From a virus (Duplodnaviria > Caudoviricetes), in the IMG/VR virus record IMGVR_UViG_3300008448_000080, positions 1 through 61,607 of that record: 61,607 nt of DNA; one strand, 5' to 3'. Each line of letters starts with the position of its first letter. Within the stretch, counting starts at the first letter, position 1. Positions 34,701 to 44,254 of this stretch are shown piece after piece. The position numbers were made by a program, and so were the translations under genes. The notes under the pieces are model-generated. The model did no database searches and was not told the DNA's origin. It was given only the letters and a program-made list of their open reading frames with translations.

Positions 34701-35950
34701 ACGTCATCCAGAGCGTTCGCGGAGGTCTTGAGCGGGATGACGATTTTGAACGGACGGCCCGCGAAGTTGGCGCGGTCCTCATAACTGAAGTCCCACAACC
34801 AAGCGATGTAGCTTTGGTTGCCGGTCTGGCCCGCCGGAATGCGCAAGCCCCCGGTAACGCTCAATTGATCGGTGCCCACGACAGCGGAGCCGTTCCAGAA
34901 CTCACCCCCGTTGAATACTTGACCGTTGAAGTCAGCGTCAAGCTGAATCTTGGGCCAGCTTTCGTTGAAGCGGGAGAAGTCGCGCCAGAACTCCAGCGCA
35001 TCCACGTCAGACAGAATCGTGCCCAGGTTCGATTGAACCGCGTCCCGGAAGCCGAAGTCATCCTGCGCCATCATGAACAGCCCAGGGCTCCACACGTTCA
35101 GCGTCTCCGCTTGAACACCACCGCCCTTTTGGAAGTAGGCGGTCAGGCGGGTTTCCGTACCGTCCGGGGTGTAGTCCCAATAAAACACCCAGTGAGTGGC
35201 GTCAATTTGCTTGAAGTACGGAGTGGAGGAGGTCGCCACCAACGCATCTTTTTGTACCGCCACGCCCCAACCAGAGCCCACGAAGTTCGCAGAGGTCTTG
35301 AGTGGGACGTAGAAGCGCACCGGACGCCCCGCCAGGTTCGCACGGTCCGCGTCCGTGAAGGCGAAGTCCATGCGCAAGTACGTGCTGGTGCCCGAAGAAC
35401 CCGCCGGAATGCGGAAGCCTCCGGAGGCACCGTTGGCCCCCACGGTCGTGGTGCCGTCCCAGAACTCTGCCCCGTTGAACAGTTCCACCGAGTAGTCCCG
35501 GGCGCGGGACATCCGAGCTTGTTGAGTCTGGGTGTCCCAATCCAGAGCGGTGACGGACCCGGCGGAAGGGTACGTGGCCACCAATGTGGAAACGGTCCCG
35601 GCGTTCACGCGGCGGTATTCATAGGCAGCGATGTCTCCGGAGCCCTGCACCTTGAAATAGGCCCCGTCAGCCACGGCAGCACGCCCAGTCGGTTCGTCCG
35701 GGTACATGCCAGCGCCGATGATTGCGGCGTCCCGGGCGGCTTCCGCAGCGGTCTTGGCGGCAATGGACGCGGTGAGGTTTTGCTGAACCGTCCCGGTCAT
35801 CGACTCCGCGTCACTGATGAACTTGGGCAGACTCTTGACCGGGGTTCCTCCGCTGGTCACGTAGCCGTCTTGAGTGTTGACAAAGTTGTCAATGCGCTCC
35901 TCGTTCTGCTTGAATCGGGTCAGGCCTTGATCGACTGGAAGTTGAGACAT
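31766..35950 (-). CDS. Large tailspike/receptor-binding protein, possible depolymerase
   Basis: N-terminal anchor (VTSGGTPVKSL; GRAAVADGAYF.V), four internal repeats, ITVKPDGTGNYTTLAAAI beta-helix entry motif. Confidence 0.8.
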   Translation of the reverse strand: MSQLPVDQGLTRFKQNEERIDNFVNTQDGYVTSGGTPVKSLPKFISDAESMTGTVQQNLTASIAAKTAAEAARDAAIIGAGMYPDEPTGRAAVADGAYFKVQGSGDIAAYEYRRVNAGTVSTLVATYPSAGSVTALDWDTQTQQARMSRARDYSVELFNGAEFWDGTTTVGANGASGGFRIPAGSSGTSTYLRMDFAFTDADRANLAGRPVRFYVPLKTSANFVGSGWGVAVQKDALVATSSTPYFKQIDATHWVFYWDYTPDGTETRLTAYFQKGGGVQAETLNVWSPGLFMMAQDDFGFRDAVQSNLGTILSDVDALEFWRDFSRFNESWPKIQLDADFNGQVFNGGEFWNGSAVVGTDQLSVTGGLRIPAGQTGNQSYIAWLWDFSYEDRANFAGRPFKIVIPLKTSANALDDVAGDGPDWFLQVDATGTIGTVTNKLITKISSTSYLLTADYLASGSEGTVSMYLQKNSTGALASTLSWSAVGQFIVPMDARGFTDVMDFYTARLAGYGLTPVGDLPIFDGYGQAFNGASVNLTSGLINIPEGSTGVNSYIVYQLPLHLERLSEGSTVELELEVECPANFYSTAPFWVNINGFLDGANETGMAVSGSLIVEQMSTTRIRIRGDYVIQGALTEYVGLYIQIGGRTATNAGYYSPVTVSYKLKDLEQNEAVIHRRLLENKVTSGDLYDYSETLTETFNGATSRDGGWGFTIPAGSSGLTTYCAFKFPVAHVAKYKGAQVRIYVLLRTSDDITDTTGLGGNLSKYVGSILTQAARTSSFRKLDKNTFLAEFTYRFDGTETHLRPFVQVSTSGARTTEGWVTYAGMQLVFESVGGTHNTPGSLGYSLADMALTFRQGLYTPVSSNAFTYIKTITVKPDGTGNYTTLAAAIAAEGGGSDTNKRVLYKVYEGIYTDLDTWFPDFVDVVGIGQRDQIWFKGYMPASTPVSEIPNHQTWYWNGTGRVRNVKVTCQNMRYPIHSDSGPSGLRAYQETEDCYVEHLGNEEARAYQIANGGDPAAVWGSEHAWGCGTHSGQTIISRRTQWISRTSPFYFHTHRDFAEPVHVELDQSQSICTTTSGSALVIQCLGSGTPDRLVIKGSHVEGRLNFSPLPMLSNQPYNYRGNMNSETEVFISSSSPVAWDAYNYANVLELRSLDAVGSSVTVSGSAAAPLFGVSPEYQYGGSGYAARVWSAHAISCYNGFAGIDLGTRLGDCTSVNKVLNIVFDGGAVTKTLTLNQNFTGQSNATIVSTLNTLLNDGAGRAFSELNPYDGVAKVYQLDRELKLQNNSNAVVLKGQAVSFDGSRRLCRKATNADARVLVAGIALENIAPGRFGRVQKDGQFMTQQLKFEGSASLAFGDTFGVSSTAGNLVEGAAVPLLRVIEAGSSPVLEIIEA

Positions 35951-35962
35951 TTTGTTTCTCCG

Positions 35963-38900
35963 TTAAATGGTGGGTTGTCCGTACTCGTTGACCAACCCGT
36001 TGATGTAGTCCTGGTCCTGGCCATAGTAGCGGCTGTCATAGTTCACAGCCCGAACGGTGCTGGTGAAGTTTGATTGCTGCTCCTTCTCCACAATCAGGAA
36101 GGCACTGCCCCGTGGCTCATTGTTGCCAATAAGTATAAAGGAGGTGCGAGCAAAAAGCCCGTCCTCAAGTGCCAACGGCAGACGCGGAGCCTGGGACAGG
36201 AGCACGTGAAAATCATCGCTCCCCCGGACGGCGGGGATGCTTTCCACCGTTCCGTCAGGCAACTGAAGGAACATGTTGTATTGGACCCCGGTGGTGAACG
36301 TCAGGGGTTGGCTCACCTCAATCTCCAACAGGTTCTGGCTGATCACCTCCCCGTCCTGGGTTCCGGTTCGGGTATTGTCCGCCACCAGAATCCGGTCATG
36401 CGTCACCAACAGGTCCGCTTCCTGCGTGGCGGTGAACTCCGTGATGGTGTTCTGGTAGCGGATTTTGTTCCAAGCCCGCCACGCGTGGAAGTAGGCCTGA
36501 AGCCCGTTGCGCACGCCCAGGGTTTCGATTTCCTGCGGGTTGAAGGCGCTCCGGTCCTCCGGGATGTAGTAGGTGATCAGGGCGTCATCGTCCGGGGAGA
36601 CGTAGCTGAGGCTGACCCCGTCAAAGTTGTTCTGGTTCCCGAAGCGGACCGTGCGGACTTCGGAGCCGGGGAGCTTGTTGCGGTGATTGAACAGCAGCAA
36701 GCTGTCCTCCGTCTCCTTCTCGAAGTTCAGCTTGATCACGGAGCCCCTGCGGTAGGCCACGCAGAAGCAGGCGTTGGAGACGGCTTGGGCAGTCTCCTCG
36801 AAGCTGAGGTTGTCCGCGTCGAACGTGTAGCAGAACTCCGCCGGAAGGTCACTGCCGAAGTAGTCGCGCACGGACTCCACCGAGTCATAGATGCTGTTCA
36901 GGTCCAGCTCCGCGTCTGGGCGGTTGCCCAAGTACGGGTCCCGGGCGATGAACGTCAGGATGTCGTCAGCGCGGTTCGTGGCATACAGCGTGGTGGTGGA
37001 GTAGCGGGACGTGACCCGGACGTTGCTGACCGTGAAGGGTCCGGGGTTCGTCTGACGGACGAACAGAAGCCCAGCCACGCTGCTTCCGGAGTTGATCGTC
37101 AGCGTCACGGAGCCCGTCCCCGGGGTGACGGAAGCGGGACCCGCACGCCATGCCGCCGGGTCATAGAACCCGATTTCAATTGGCACGTTGGAGGCGGAGC
37201 TGATCGTGTACTCCACCGTGATCGTTCCGCCCCCGGCCACGATCTGGAAGAACGGAACCAGGACCCCATACTGCGGATTGGGCCCAGACACTTCGATGGC
37301 GGAGGCTCCCTGAGTCAGCACGGCTCCTCCGTACCCGGCCCAGCCCTCCTCCGCGATGCTCATGGAGTAGCGGATGTTGGGCCTGATCGGGATTTTCCGA
37401 GTGACCGACATGTTCAGCTTCCGCTCCTTCAGCGCCAGGGCTCCGGCGGTAGCGTAGGTGACGGATTGGACCGTGGTCACGTTGCCGAAGTTGGTCACGT
37501 TGATAGGGGCGAAGGCGTACACGTCACGCCACTTGATCTCATCGACCACGGAGCCCTCATATGCCAGGTCCGCGTTCGTCACGCGGCGTGCCCTTACGCG
37601 CACGCGGCCCGGTAGGCTCACACCTACGTCCAGGGTGACTGCCCGCGTGCTGCGGTACGTGGCGGAACCCTCCACCGTGGCCTGGGCGGTCTGAACCGCT
37701 CCGCGCACGGAGCCGTCCGCGTTGATCGGGGTGATCTCCAGCTCCAGGGTAACGTCGAACCGCACCTGGTTCTTGCCGTCATCCTTGTACAAGCCGTTGG
37801 TTGCAACGAAGTTGGTCACCACGCGGTCGGTATTGGTCTTGTCCAGAATGAACGGCCCAACCCACTTCGAGCCCGTAGTGGACAACGTGGGGCTCAGGTT
37901 CGGGGAAGTCGTGAGCGTGGACCAGTTCCCGTTCACCGCAGCGGGGTTGGACAGCGTGATTTCCGTGTCCGCCACGGCCAGCACGGTGTACGTTCCGTTC
38001 AGGTTGTAGAGTTCCGCCCCGCTGGACAGGCGAATGCCCACGGAAGCGGACGCCCCGCTGGTCACGGTATTCCACTGCGGATTGATCGCTGCCGGGTTCG
38101 ACAGGACCACGCGGCAATAGTAGGTCGTGGCGGAGGTTTCCGGGTCCACCACGGTGATCAGGTTCTTGGACGCGATGGTGTACACCCCGGACAGGTCCGA
38201 AGTGGAGGACCAGAAGCCGTCCGGGTCCGTGGTCGTGAAGGTCGCACCCGTCAGCTGAATCTCCGCTCCGGTGGCGTACTCCGAAGGCAGGGTGCTGTTC
38301 GGAATCACGAAGCGGAAGGACCCGTCATTGTACGCAAACAGGGTCTTGGTCTGACTGATGTAGTCCTGGTACACCGCAGCACCGCTGATCGTGAGGGAGT
38401 CCCCGGAGGCAAACTTGTCCGTGAAATCAAATGCCGAGGTCTTGACCAGGTTGGGCGTTTGGAAGTATATGTTGTTGGTGGCGCGGATGAACTGATCATT
38501 GGGCGGACGAAGGACCTGACCGTTGACTGCGTTCGAGCGGGCCACGTCATACACGGGCTTGTTGATTGCGGTTCCGATGCGCAACTGCGGGGCGTCTCCG
38601 GAGTTCGGGGAGGTGTTGGGCCCATAGACCTCCACGGACGTTCCCGGAATGTCCAGCGCCAGCGTGTTATCGTCCCGGATGTCCTCGATTTCATAGGTTC
38701 CCCGCCCAATACACATGTACGCATATTCCACTTCCTCGTGGTTGCTGTACACTTTGTACGGGACGGACAAGAGGTCAGGGGTAGATCGAACCGTGCCGAA
38801 GATGTCCGGAATGCGGGACAGCGGGCGGGGCTTGTTCGTTCGGTCGGACAACTCGTTGTTCGGGGATTGGTTCTGCGTGTTGCGCAGGGTTGGGTTGGGC

Positions 38901-39211
38901 GGCTTCACCAGAGCCGGGAGGACCACGGCGGCAACCACCACCACGGCCACCACGGCGATGATGATGGTCACGGGGTCCGCCGGGTACACCACCACGTAGA
39001 ACGGCCCCTGGAGTTCTCCCAGGCGCTCAATCCCGTGTTCGTCCCCGGGCGTAACGTCCGTGGCGGAACTCACGTGCTCGTGATAGATGCGGGCGGAGGA
39101 CGGCCATTCATCAAACTCCCCCAACAGGAAGTCCCGCACGTCCTCAACCTCGTGCTGCGTCCAGGTGTCCGGCTCCAAAGGGTTTCGGGCCAGTGTAACT
39201 CGTTTCAGCAT
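35963..39211 (-). CDS. Central tail tip/host specificity protein (lambda J-like)
   Basis: SPNNELSDRTN..R...RIPDIFGTVRS.PDL; follows NlpC/P60 and DUF1833 genes. Confidence 0.87.
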   Translation of the reverse strand: MLKRVTLARNPLEPDTWTQHEVEDVRDFLLGEFDEWPSSARIYHEHVSSATDVTPGDEHGIERLGELQGPFYVVVYPADPVTIIIAVVAVVVVAAVVLPALVKPPNPTLRNTQNQSPNNELSDRTNKPRPLSRIPDIFGTVRSTPDLLSVPYKVYSNHEEVEYAYMCIGRGTYEIEDIRDDNTLALDIPGTSVEVYGPNTSPNSGDAPQLRIGTAINKPVYDVARSNAVNGQVLRPPNDQFIRATNNIYFQTPNLVKTSAFDFTDKFASGDSLTISGAAVYQDYISQTKTLFAYNDGSFRFVIPNSTLPSEYATGAEIQLTGATFTTTDPDGFWSSTSDLSGVYTIASKNLITVVDPETSATTYYCRVVLSNPAAINPQWNTVTSGASASVGIRLSSGAELYNLNGTYTVLAVADTEITLSNPAAVNGNWSTLTTSPNLSPTLSTTGSKWVGPFILDKTNTDRVVTNFVATNGLYKDDGKNQVRFDVTLELEITPINADGSVRGAVQTAQATVEGSATYRSTRAVTLDVGVSLPGRVRVRARRVTNADLAYEGSVVDEIKWRDVYAFAPINVTNFGNVTTVQSVTYATAGALALKERKLNMSVTRKIPIRPNIRYSMSIAEEGWAGYGGAVLTQGASAIEVSGPNPQYGVLVPFFQIVAGGGTITVEYTISSASNVPIEIGFYDPAAWRAGPASVTPGTGSVTLTINSGSSVAGLLFVRQTNPGPFTVSNVRVTSRYSTTTLYATNRADDILTFIARDPYLGNRPDAELDLNSIYDSVESVRDYFGSDLPAEFCYTFDADNLSFEETAQAVSNACFCVAYRRGSVIKLNFEKETEDSLLLFNHRNKLPGSEVRTVRFGNQNNFDGVSLSYVSPDDDALITYYIPEDRSAFNPQEIETLGVRNGLQAYFHAWRAWNKIRYQNTITEFTATQEADLLVTHDRILVADNTRTGTQDGEVISQNLLEIEVSQPLTFTTGVQYNMFLQLPDGTVESIPAVRGSDDFHVLLSQAPRLPLALEDGLFARTSFILIGNNEPRGSAFLIVEKEQQSNFTSTVRAVNYDSRYYGQDQDYINGLVNEYGQPTI

Positions 39212-39564
39212 GTGTAATACCCCAGCTTGTTGAACCCCCGGGTGGCGACATCAACGGGCAAGCACTCCACCCCCAACTCGTGGATGTGGATGATTCTCCC
39301 GCGAATGTACACCCCCGCGTGGGGTACGCTTTTGTGGCGCTGCATCAGGACCAAACACGGGCTGACCGGCGCGGCCAACTTCTTGAACTTGCGGCGCAGC
39401 GCGGGGTCGGTTCGGCGGTCCTTCGGCGGGCGCAGGAATCCTTCCAACTCCGTCTCGATGTTTTGACCAGTCAGGTGCTTCCAGACCTCACAAACAAAGT
39501 GGGCGCAGTTGTAGTTCTGACGATTGTATCGCCTGTAGAAGAAGTCATCAAGCCCCGCAACCAT
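39205..39564 (-). CDS. Tail assembly protein, NlpC/P60-like (lambda K-like)
   Basis: YNCAHFV..VW and PHAGVY...IIH motifs. Confidence 0.8.
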   Translation of the reverse strand: MVAGLDDFFYRRYNRQNYNCAHFVCEVWKHLTGQNIETELEGFLRPPKDRRTDPALRRKFKKLAAPVSPCLVLMQRHKSVPHAGVYIRGRIIHIHELGVECLPVDVATRGFNKLGYYTC

Positions 39565-40064
39565 TACAAGAACCCCCGCAACATCGGGAACCGCTCCAGG
39601 CGGTACACCTCCCCGGTCTTGTTGATGTTCAAGGAGGGAGCCTTGGCGGTGAAGCTGGCCCCCTCCCGATTGAAGGCGAATGACTCCACCTCCAGGACGA
39701 TAGGCCCAAACAACGGCGCAGTCAAGTCATCAGACCTGTACGTGCGATACACCACCCGGGGCTTCTCCGAGAAGCCCGCAGCGGTAGCCACCGCATCCAG
39801 CTCCTTCGGGAGGACTTCGCCCAAGTCACCGAGGGTGAACGTGAAGGACTGATCCAGGTCATCCTTCTGTCCGTTGTTCTCGATGCGCAGGGGGTAATAG
39901 TCGAACGTGGCCTGGGCTCCCGTCTCCAACGTGACCGTGACCCCGTTCACCGCGTTCCTGACAATCCGATAGGTCTGTGTGAAGTCGCTGTGGCTGATTT
40001 CCATCAACTCCAGCTGTACCACGGAGGACTTCGAGCGCAGGAAGAACTCGCTGTATGCACTCAT
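39564..40064 (-). CDS. Minor tail protein (DUF1833-like)
   Basis: QLELMEISHSDF...Y...RFPMLRGFL; position in tail tip module. Confidence 0.78.
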   Translation of the reverse strand: MSAYSEFFLRSKSSVVQLELMEISHSDFTQTYRIVRNAVNGVTVTLETGAQATFDYYPLRIENNGQKDDLDQSFTFTLGDLGEVLPKELDAVATAAGFSEKPRVVYRTYRSDDLTAPLFGPIVLEVESFAFNREGASFTAKAPSLNINKTGEVYRLERFPMLRGFL

Positions 40065-40552
40065 AGCCCAATCCCCGGCAACGTCACGTTCACTTCCGTG
40101 TTCAGCATATCTTCCCAAACCGGGAAGGCGGTTTGCCAGTTAAATCCGAACTCACTGATCATAGCAGCCTCCAAGGCTTCTTGCGCGTCATCGGTCACAA
40201 TCGGATAGGCTTCCAATTCAGCCGTCACCCCGTAGTAGTGGCCCCGTTGTTCCGCCAATCGAACGGTCCCCGGCGTGAAGTATGCCTTGTGCTCCGTGGG
40301 CGTGGCATCGTCAATCACCAGGTCAATCAAGAACGGCTCCGAGCCCCGCTTGAGCAGGGAGCTGTAGAACTGCCTGAAATAGTTGTAGTCAGTTCGGTCA
40401 AAGGCCCAACGAACGGACACCTTGGCCGTCCCGCCAATCTTGTCGCGGCGGAACCGAGACGCCCCGCCATCCAACTTGATGGCGATGACTTCCGCCGGGT
40501 CCTCCATCATGTACCCCGTAGCCTCCGGGGGGATAGCAAACTTGTACATCAA
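40061..40552 (-). CDS. Distal tail protein
   Basis: LDGGASRFRRD motif; immediately follows the tape measure gene. Confidence 0.75.
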   Translation of the reverse strand: MMYKFAIPPEATGYMMEDPAEVIAIKLDGGASRFRRDKIGGTAKVSVRWAFDRTDYNYFRQFYSSLLKRGSEPFLIDLVIDDATPTEHKAYFTPGTVRLAEQRGHYYGVTAELEAYPIVTDDAQEALEAAMISEFGFNWQTAFPVWEDMLNTEVNVTLPGIGL

Positions 40553-43500
40553 CGTCTCCTTTGGATCAGGGTGCTGCGCCCAAGGGACTTCGACACGCTG
40601 GAGTTCGGGTTGCTGATCTCAGCGGAGATGACCGCTGGGGATTCTGTGCGCACCGCGTTCTTCGCTTCGTCCCGGGCGATGATACGGATTTGGTTGGCAT
40701 CCAGCTGCTGCACCTCGAAGTCCTTGCTGGTGCCGTAGTTCTGGATGTTGACCTGAACCCCAGAAGGTGCGGCGGAGGAGCCCGCCACCACGCTTCCCCG
40801 GTTCATCGCTTCGAGCAGCGGACGGTTGGCGGAGGTCGCTTGGGCGTTCATCACGAACTCCCGCCCGTGAACTACGCCAGCCACTTGATTCACACCACCG
40901 TCTCCGGTGTAGCCCCCCTCCTTGAACCCGGCCATGGAAGCCAGGGCCAGGGACTCACTCAGGGCGGTCGTTGCCGTGATGCCGGCCATAGCAGGCACCG
41001 AGTTCGCACCGAAGCTGGCCAGCGATACCATCGCAGCGGCGGGCGCATAGGCTGCTGCCAGGGCGGAGCCCGTAGCCACGCCCATGGCCACCGTAGTGGC
41101 GGCGGACGCGGCCCCGATACTTTGACCAATCGCAGCGTTGACCAGCCACTGAATCCCCAGCTTGACCAAGGCGCTGATCAACCCCGCCACGGCTTCCTTC
41201 GCCACGTTCTGTAGGGCGCTGCCCAGGTCCTCCGAGTACACGATGGCGCGGCCCACGGAGTTGGCGAAGCCGTCCGTGAAGGACTGGAAGAAGTTGCCCA
41301 TGGCTTGCGATGCTCCGGCCTCGAAGGTCGTGAAGCCTTCGGAGACGCGGGCCAGGGAAGCCAATTGCATATCGGCCCAGGAGCCGGTCCCCAGGTTCAG
41401 GCGGGTGTTTGCGGCTTGGACTTCGAGCTGAATGAGCTGTTGGGCCAGGGCGGTCGCTTGCATCACGCGCATCTGGTTCGCAGTCTGCTCACTGATCATG
41501 TCCGCCTGACGGAGCTGGTTGATGCGCTGGAAGGTCTGGCGGTACTTCTCCACCAGTGCGTCCTGGGCTTGCGAGGTCCCGGCGAACAGCTCCTGATTGG
41601 AACCGACAACCTGTGCGTTGACCTGCTGCTGAGTCAACATCCCGTCCTTCAGGAGTTGGTTCAGGGCCTTCAGCTCAACTTCGTACTCCTTCATGGGCCC
41701 AATCGCGGCCTCATAGATGCGGTTGCGGGCTTCGGCCACCTTCGTTTCGTTCTGGATGAGGCTCAGGCGCTCCCGGAGCTGCGTCAACTCCCGCTCCGTC
41801 ATGTTCACGCCCTGGCCTCGCAGGTCCTTCTGGATGGCCATCATTTGCGTTTCGATTTCCCGGGCGTCCGCAGTCAATCCCAGCAGGCGTTGCTGATCGT
41901 CCAGCTCCCGGTTCACGGCTCCGAGCGGGTCCAGCTGATCGCGGAGCTGCTGATTCATCAGTGCGATGACCTCGTTGGCGCGGGTCCGAGTGATCAGGCC
42001 TGCGGCAACGGACTTGTTCAGGATGTCGGTGGACTTCCGGACCTCCTCCTGAGCGGCCCACACTTGATCGTACTTGCCCACGACACCGGCCAGCTCATCT
42101 TTCATCTTCTTGAGCTTGTCCGGGTCAATCATCGGAGCCGTCCGCGTACCGGCCTGGGATAGGTCCACGGCGGGCGCGGCTTTCGTGCGCTCCTTCGCAA
42201 TCTCCTGGGCGCGGGTGGTAATCCCAGCCAGGGCTTCCGTGGCAAAGTTCGAGCCGTTCCAGCCCGTCATGAACGCATCACCCAAGTCGGTTCCGAGCTT
42301 CGCGGCGGCTCCGGCGTTCTCGTTGGTCAGCTTCAAGTCCACGGCGGCAATCTTGCCCAAGCCCGCGAACTCCGTGATGCTGCTCAGGAGTTCCCCGGCG
42401 GCGTTCACGAAGGTTCCAATTTTGTCCAGCACCACGTTCAGGCCCTGGGTCACCAGGTCCCCAATCACGGCGGGAAGGGTCTTGAACAAGGCCACGATGA
42501 CGTTGAAGGCTCCGGACCAGAAGCCCACGACACCGTCCACGTAGCGGGCGACAGCGCGGAGGACCCCGATGAAGCTGATGTCAATCTCACCGACAACGTC
42601 CTGAACCAGTCGCACCAGAGGTCCGAAGGTCTGTTGGGCCCATTCCCAGATGCGTCCGAAGGTAGCCCCGATGACCTCACCGACTGCGCGCATCATGTCG
42701 CCCAGGGTCGTGATGTCGTCCACCCCCATGTTGATTTCGTCCCGGAACAGCGTCAGGGCGGTGATCGCGGCGGTGACCACGACAACCAGGAACCCGATGG
42801 GGTTGGCCATGATCGCGGCGGTGAGTCGGTTCACGGAAGCCGTGATCAGGTTCACAAGGGCGGGGATACCCACCCAGATGCCGAAGGCGACAGCAACCGA
42901 AGTCACCACCTTGGCAATCGTGTCCAGGTTCTGCGCAAGGAACATAAGCCCCCTGGACAGTACCCCAGAGATGCCGCTTGCGGTGTCCAGACGGCCCACG
43001 AAGTCAATCACGTTGTTCTTCAGGACTTGGAAGGACTGTGAGATGGTCGGAACGGACTTGCCAAACTTGTCGGCCAGTTCGGTCTTGGCGTTCCGGAAGG
43101 CGCGCATCACCACGTCAGCCGTGATCTTGCCGTCCTCACCCATCTTCTTCAGTTCGCCCCGCGTGACCTTCAGTTCCTTGGCGATGACGTCAGCCACCAC
43201 CGGGAGCTGTTCCAGCACACTTCGGAGTTCGTCCCCGGACAATCGACCGGAGGCAAGGCCCTGAGACAGCTGGATCATCGCGGCCTGGGCTTCCGTAGCG
43301 GACGCCCCGGACAGGCTCACGGCCTGGTTCAAGGACTTCGTGAAGTCGATGACCTCCTGCTGACTGACGCCCAACTCCTTCGCGGCCAACGCCATCCGGC
43401 TGTACATCTCAACCGTCCCCTCCAGGGAGGAGCGGGTGGAGTTCGAGACGCCCAACAATTGTTGATACACGGCACCCAGCTTCTGCCCCTCCAGGCCGGT

Positions 43501-43713
43501 GGCCCGGAGTCGGTTCTGCAGGTTGGTGTAGGTGTCCAGGAGTCGGACGATTTCACGCACGGAGACGGCGGCGGCGATACCCGCCAACGCTCGTTTCAGG
43601 AAGTCCACCCCACCGGAGGCGGTCCTTGCCGTGCTCCCGATGTCCTGAAGATTTCGTTGGACAACCCGGGAGCCACGCTCAGTGATTACAATGTCGATTC
43701 TTTCGGACGCCAC
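40549..43713 (-). CDS. Tape measure protein
   Basis: 1054 aa helical; QLSQGLASGRLSGDELRSVLEQ domain; GFKEGGYTG...AGVVHGREFV. Confidence 0.95.
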   Translation of the reverse strand: MASERIDIVITERGSRVVQRNLQDIGSTARTASGGVDFLKRALAGIAAAVSVREIVRLLDTYTNLQNRLRATGLEGQKLGAVYQQLLGVSNSTRSSLEGTVEMYSRMALAAKELGVSQQEVIDFTKSLNQAVSLSGASATEAQAAMIQLSQGLASGRLSGDELRSVLEQLPVVADVIAKELKVTRGELKKMGEDGKITADVVMRAFRNAKTELADKFGKSVPTISQSFQVLKNNVIDFVGRLDTASGISGVLSRGLMFLAQNLDTIAKVVTSVAVAFGIWVGIPALVNLITASVNRLTAAIMANPIGFLVVVVTAAITALTLFRDEINMGVDDITTLGDMMRAVGEVIGATFGRIWEWAQQTFGPLVRLVQDVVGEIDISFIGVLRAVARYVDGVVGFWSGAFNVIVALFKTLPAVIGDLVTQGLNVVLDKIGTFVNAAGELLSSITEFAGLGKIAAVDLKLTNENAGAAAKLGTDLGDAFMTGWNGSNFATEALAGITTRAQEIAKERTKAAPAVDLSQAGTRTAPMIDPDKLKKMKDELAGVVGKYDQVWAAQEEVRKSTDILNKSVAAGLITRTRANEVIALMNQQLRDQLDPLGAVNRELDDQQRLLGLTADAREIETQMMAIQKDLRGQGVNMTERELTQLRERLSLIQNETKVAEARNRIYEAAIGPMKEYEVELKALNQLLKDGMLTQQQVNAQVVGSNQELFAGTSQAQDALVEKYRQTFQRINQLRQADMISEQTANQMRVMQATALAQQLIQLEVQAANTRLNLGTGSWADMQLASLARVSEGFTTFEAGASQAMGNFFQSFTDGFANSVGRAIVYSEDLGSALQNVAKEAVAGLISALVKLGIQWLVNAAIGQSIGAASAATTVAMGVATGSALAAAYAPAAAMVSLASFGANSVPAMAGITATTALSESLALASMAGFKEGGYTGDGGVNQVAGVVHGREFVMNAQATSANRPLLEAMNRGSVVAGSSAAPSGVQVNIQNYGTSKDFEVQQLDANQIRIIARDEAKNAVRTESPAVISAEISNPNSSVSKSLGRSTLIQRRR

Positions 43714-43714
43714 G

Positions 43715-44251
43715 TCACACCTCCTGCTGGCGGTCGCGCATCAGCTTCTTTTCACGGAGCTTCTGCTTGGTTTCTTCTGAGTGCGTCCAACCCGTTCGGG
43801 CCTTCAACTTCTCCCGGGTCGCTTCGCTCATGGCGGGTCTTGCCTTTGCCGCCTGAGACAACTTCAATCGGTGTTCTTCCGTGAAGCGTTGACCCTTCTT
43901 GGCGTCAGAGACTTTCTGGCGGTACTCCTCCGTGCGGTCCCAGGCACTCATCTTCGTCCGGGCAGCTTCCGAAGGCTCCGTGCCCCCGATACCGCCCCCG
44001 TTGAGGTTATACCCAGCCGGGTCCTTGGTGTCGAAGGCTTCGATGATTTTCTGTTCCATGAAGAAACAGAAGGAGCGGGAGGCTTGGAGCAGAAGGGTCA
44101 GGGCGGGTGTACCGTACTTGCGGATGGCCTTGCCCACGGGGAGGTCCCCCCGGGCGTGCTGCTGAAGTCGAACGGAAGGTTGCGAGGACACCCCCACGTA
44201 CTTCTTCCCGTTCGGGAACTCCAAGCAGTAAACAAAAGCCGCATCAGCCAT
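43715..44251 (-). CDS. GIY-YIG/NUMOD3 homing endonuclease
   Basis: FVYCL...KYVGVS, GYNL..GG.G, NUMOD3 repeats (FTEEHRLKLS, HSEETKQKL). Confidence 0.88.
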   Translation of the reverse strand: MADAAFVYCLEFPNGKKYVGVSSQPSVRLQQHARGDLPVGKAIRKYGTPALTLLLQASRSFCFFMEQKIIEAFDTKDPAGYNLNGGGIGGTEPSEAARTKMSAWDRTEEYRQKVSDAKKGQRFTEEHRLKLSQAAKARPAMSEATREKLKARTGWTHSEETKQKLREKKLMRDRQQEV

Positions 44252-44254
44252 GAT

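Noticed and set aside
31931-36073. 1380-aa plus-strand ORF, and similar long plus-strand ORFs (7018, 11546, 22199, 54880)
   Set aside because: Antisense shadows of well-supported minus-strand genes in GC-rich DNA; no motifs or SD signals
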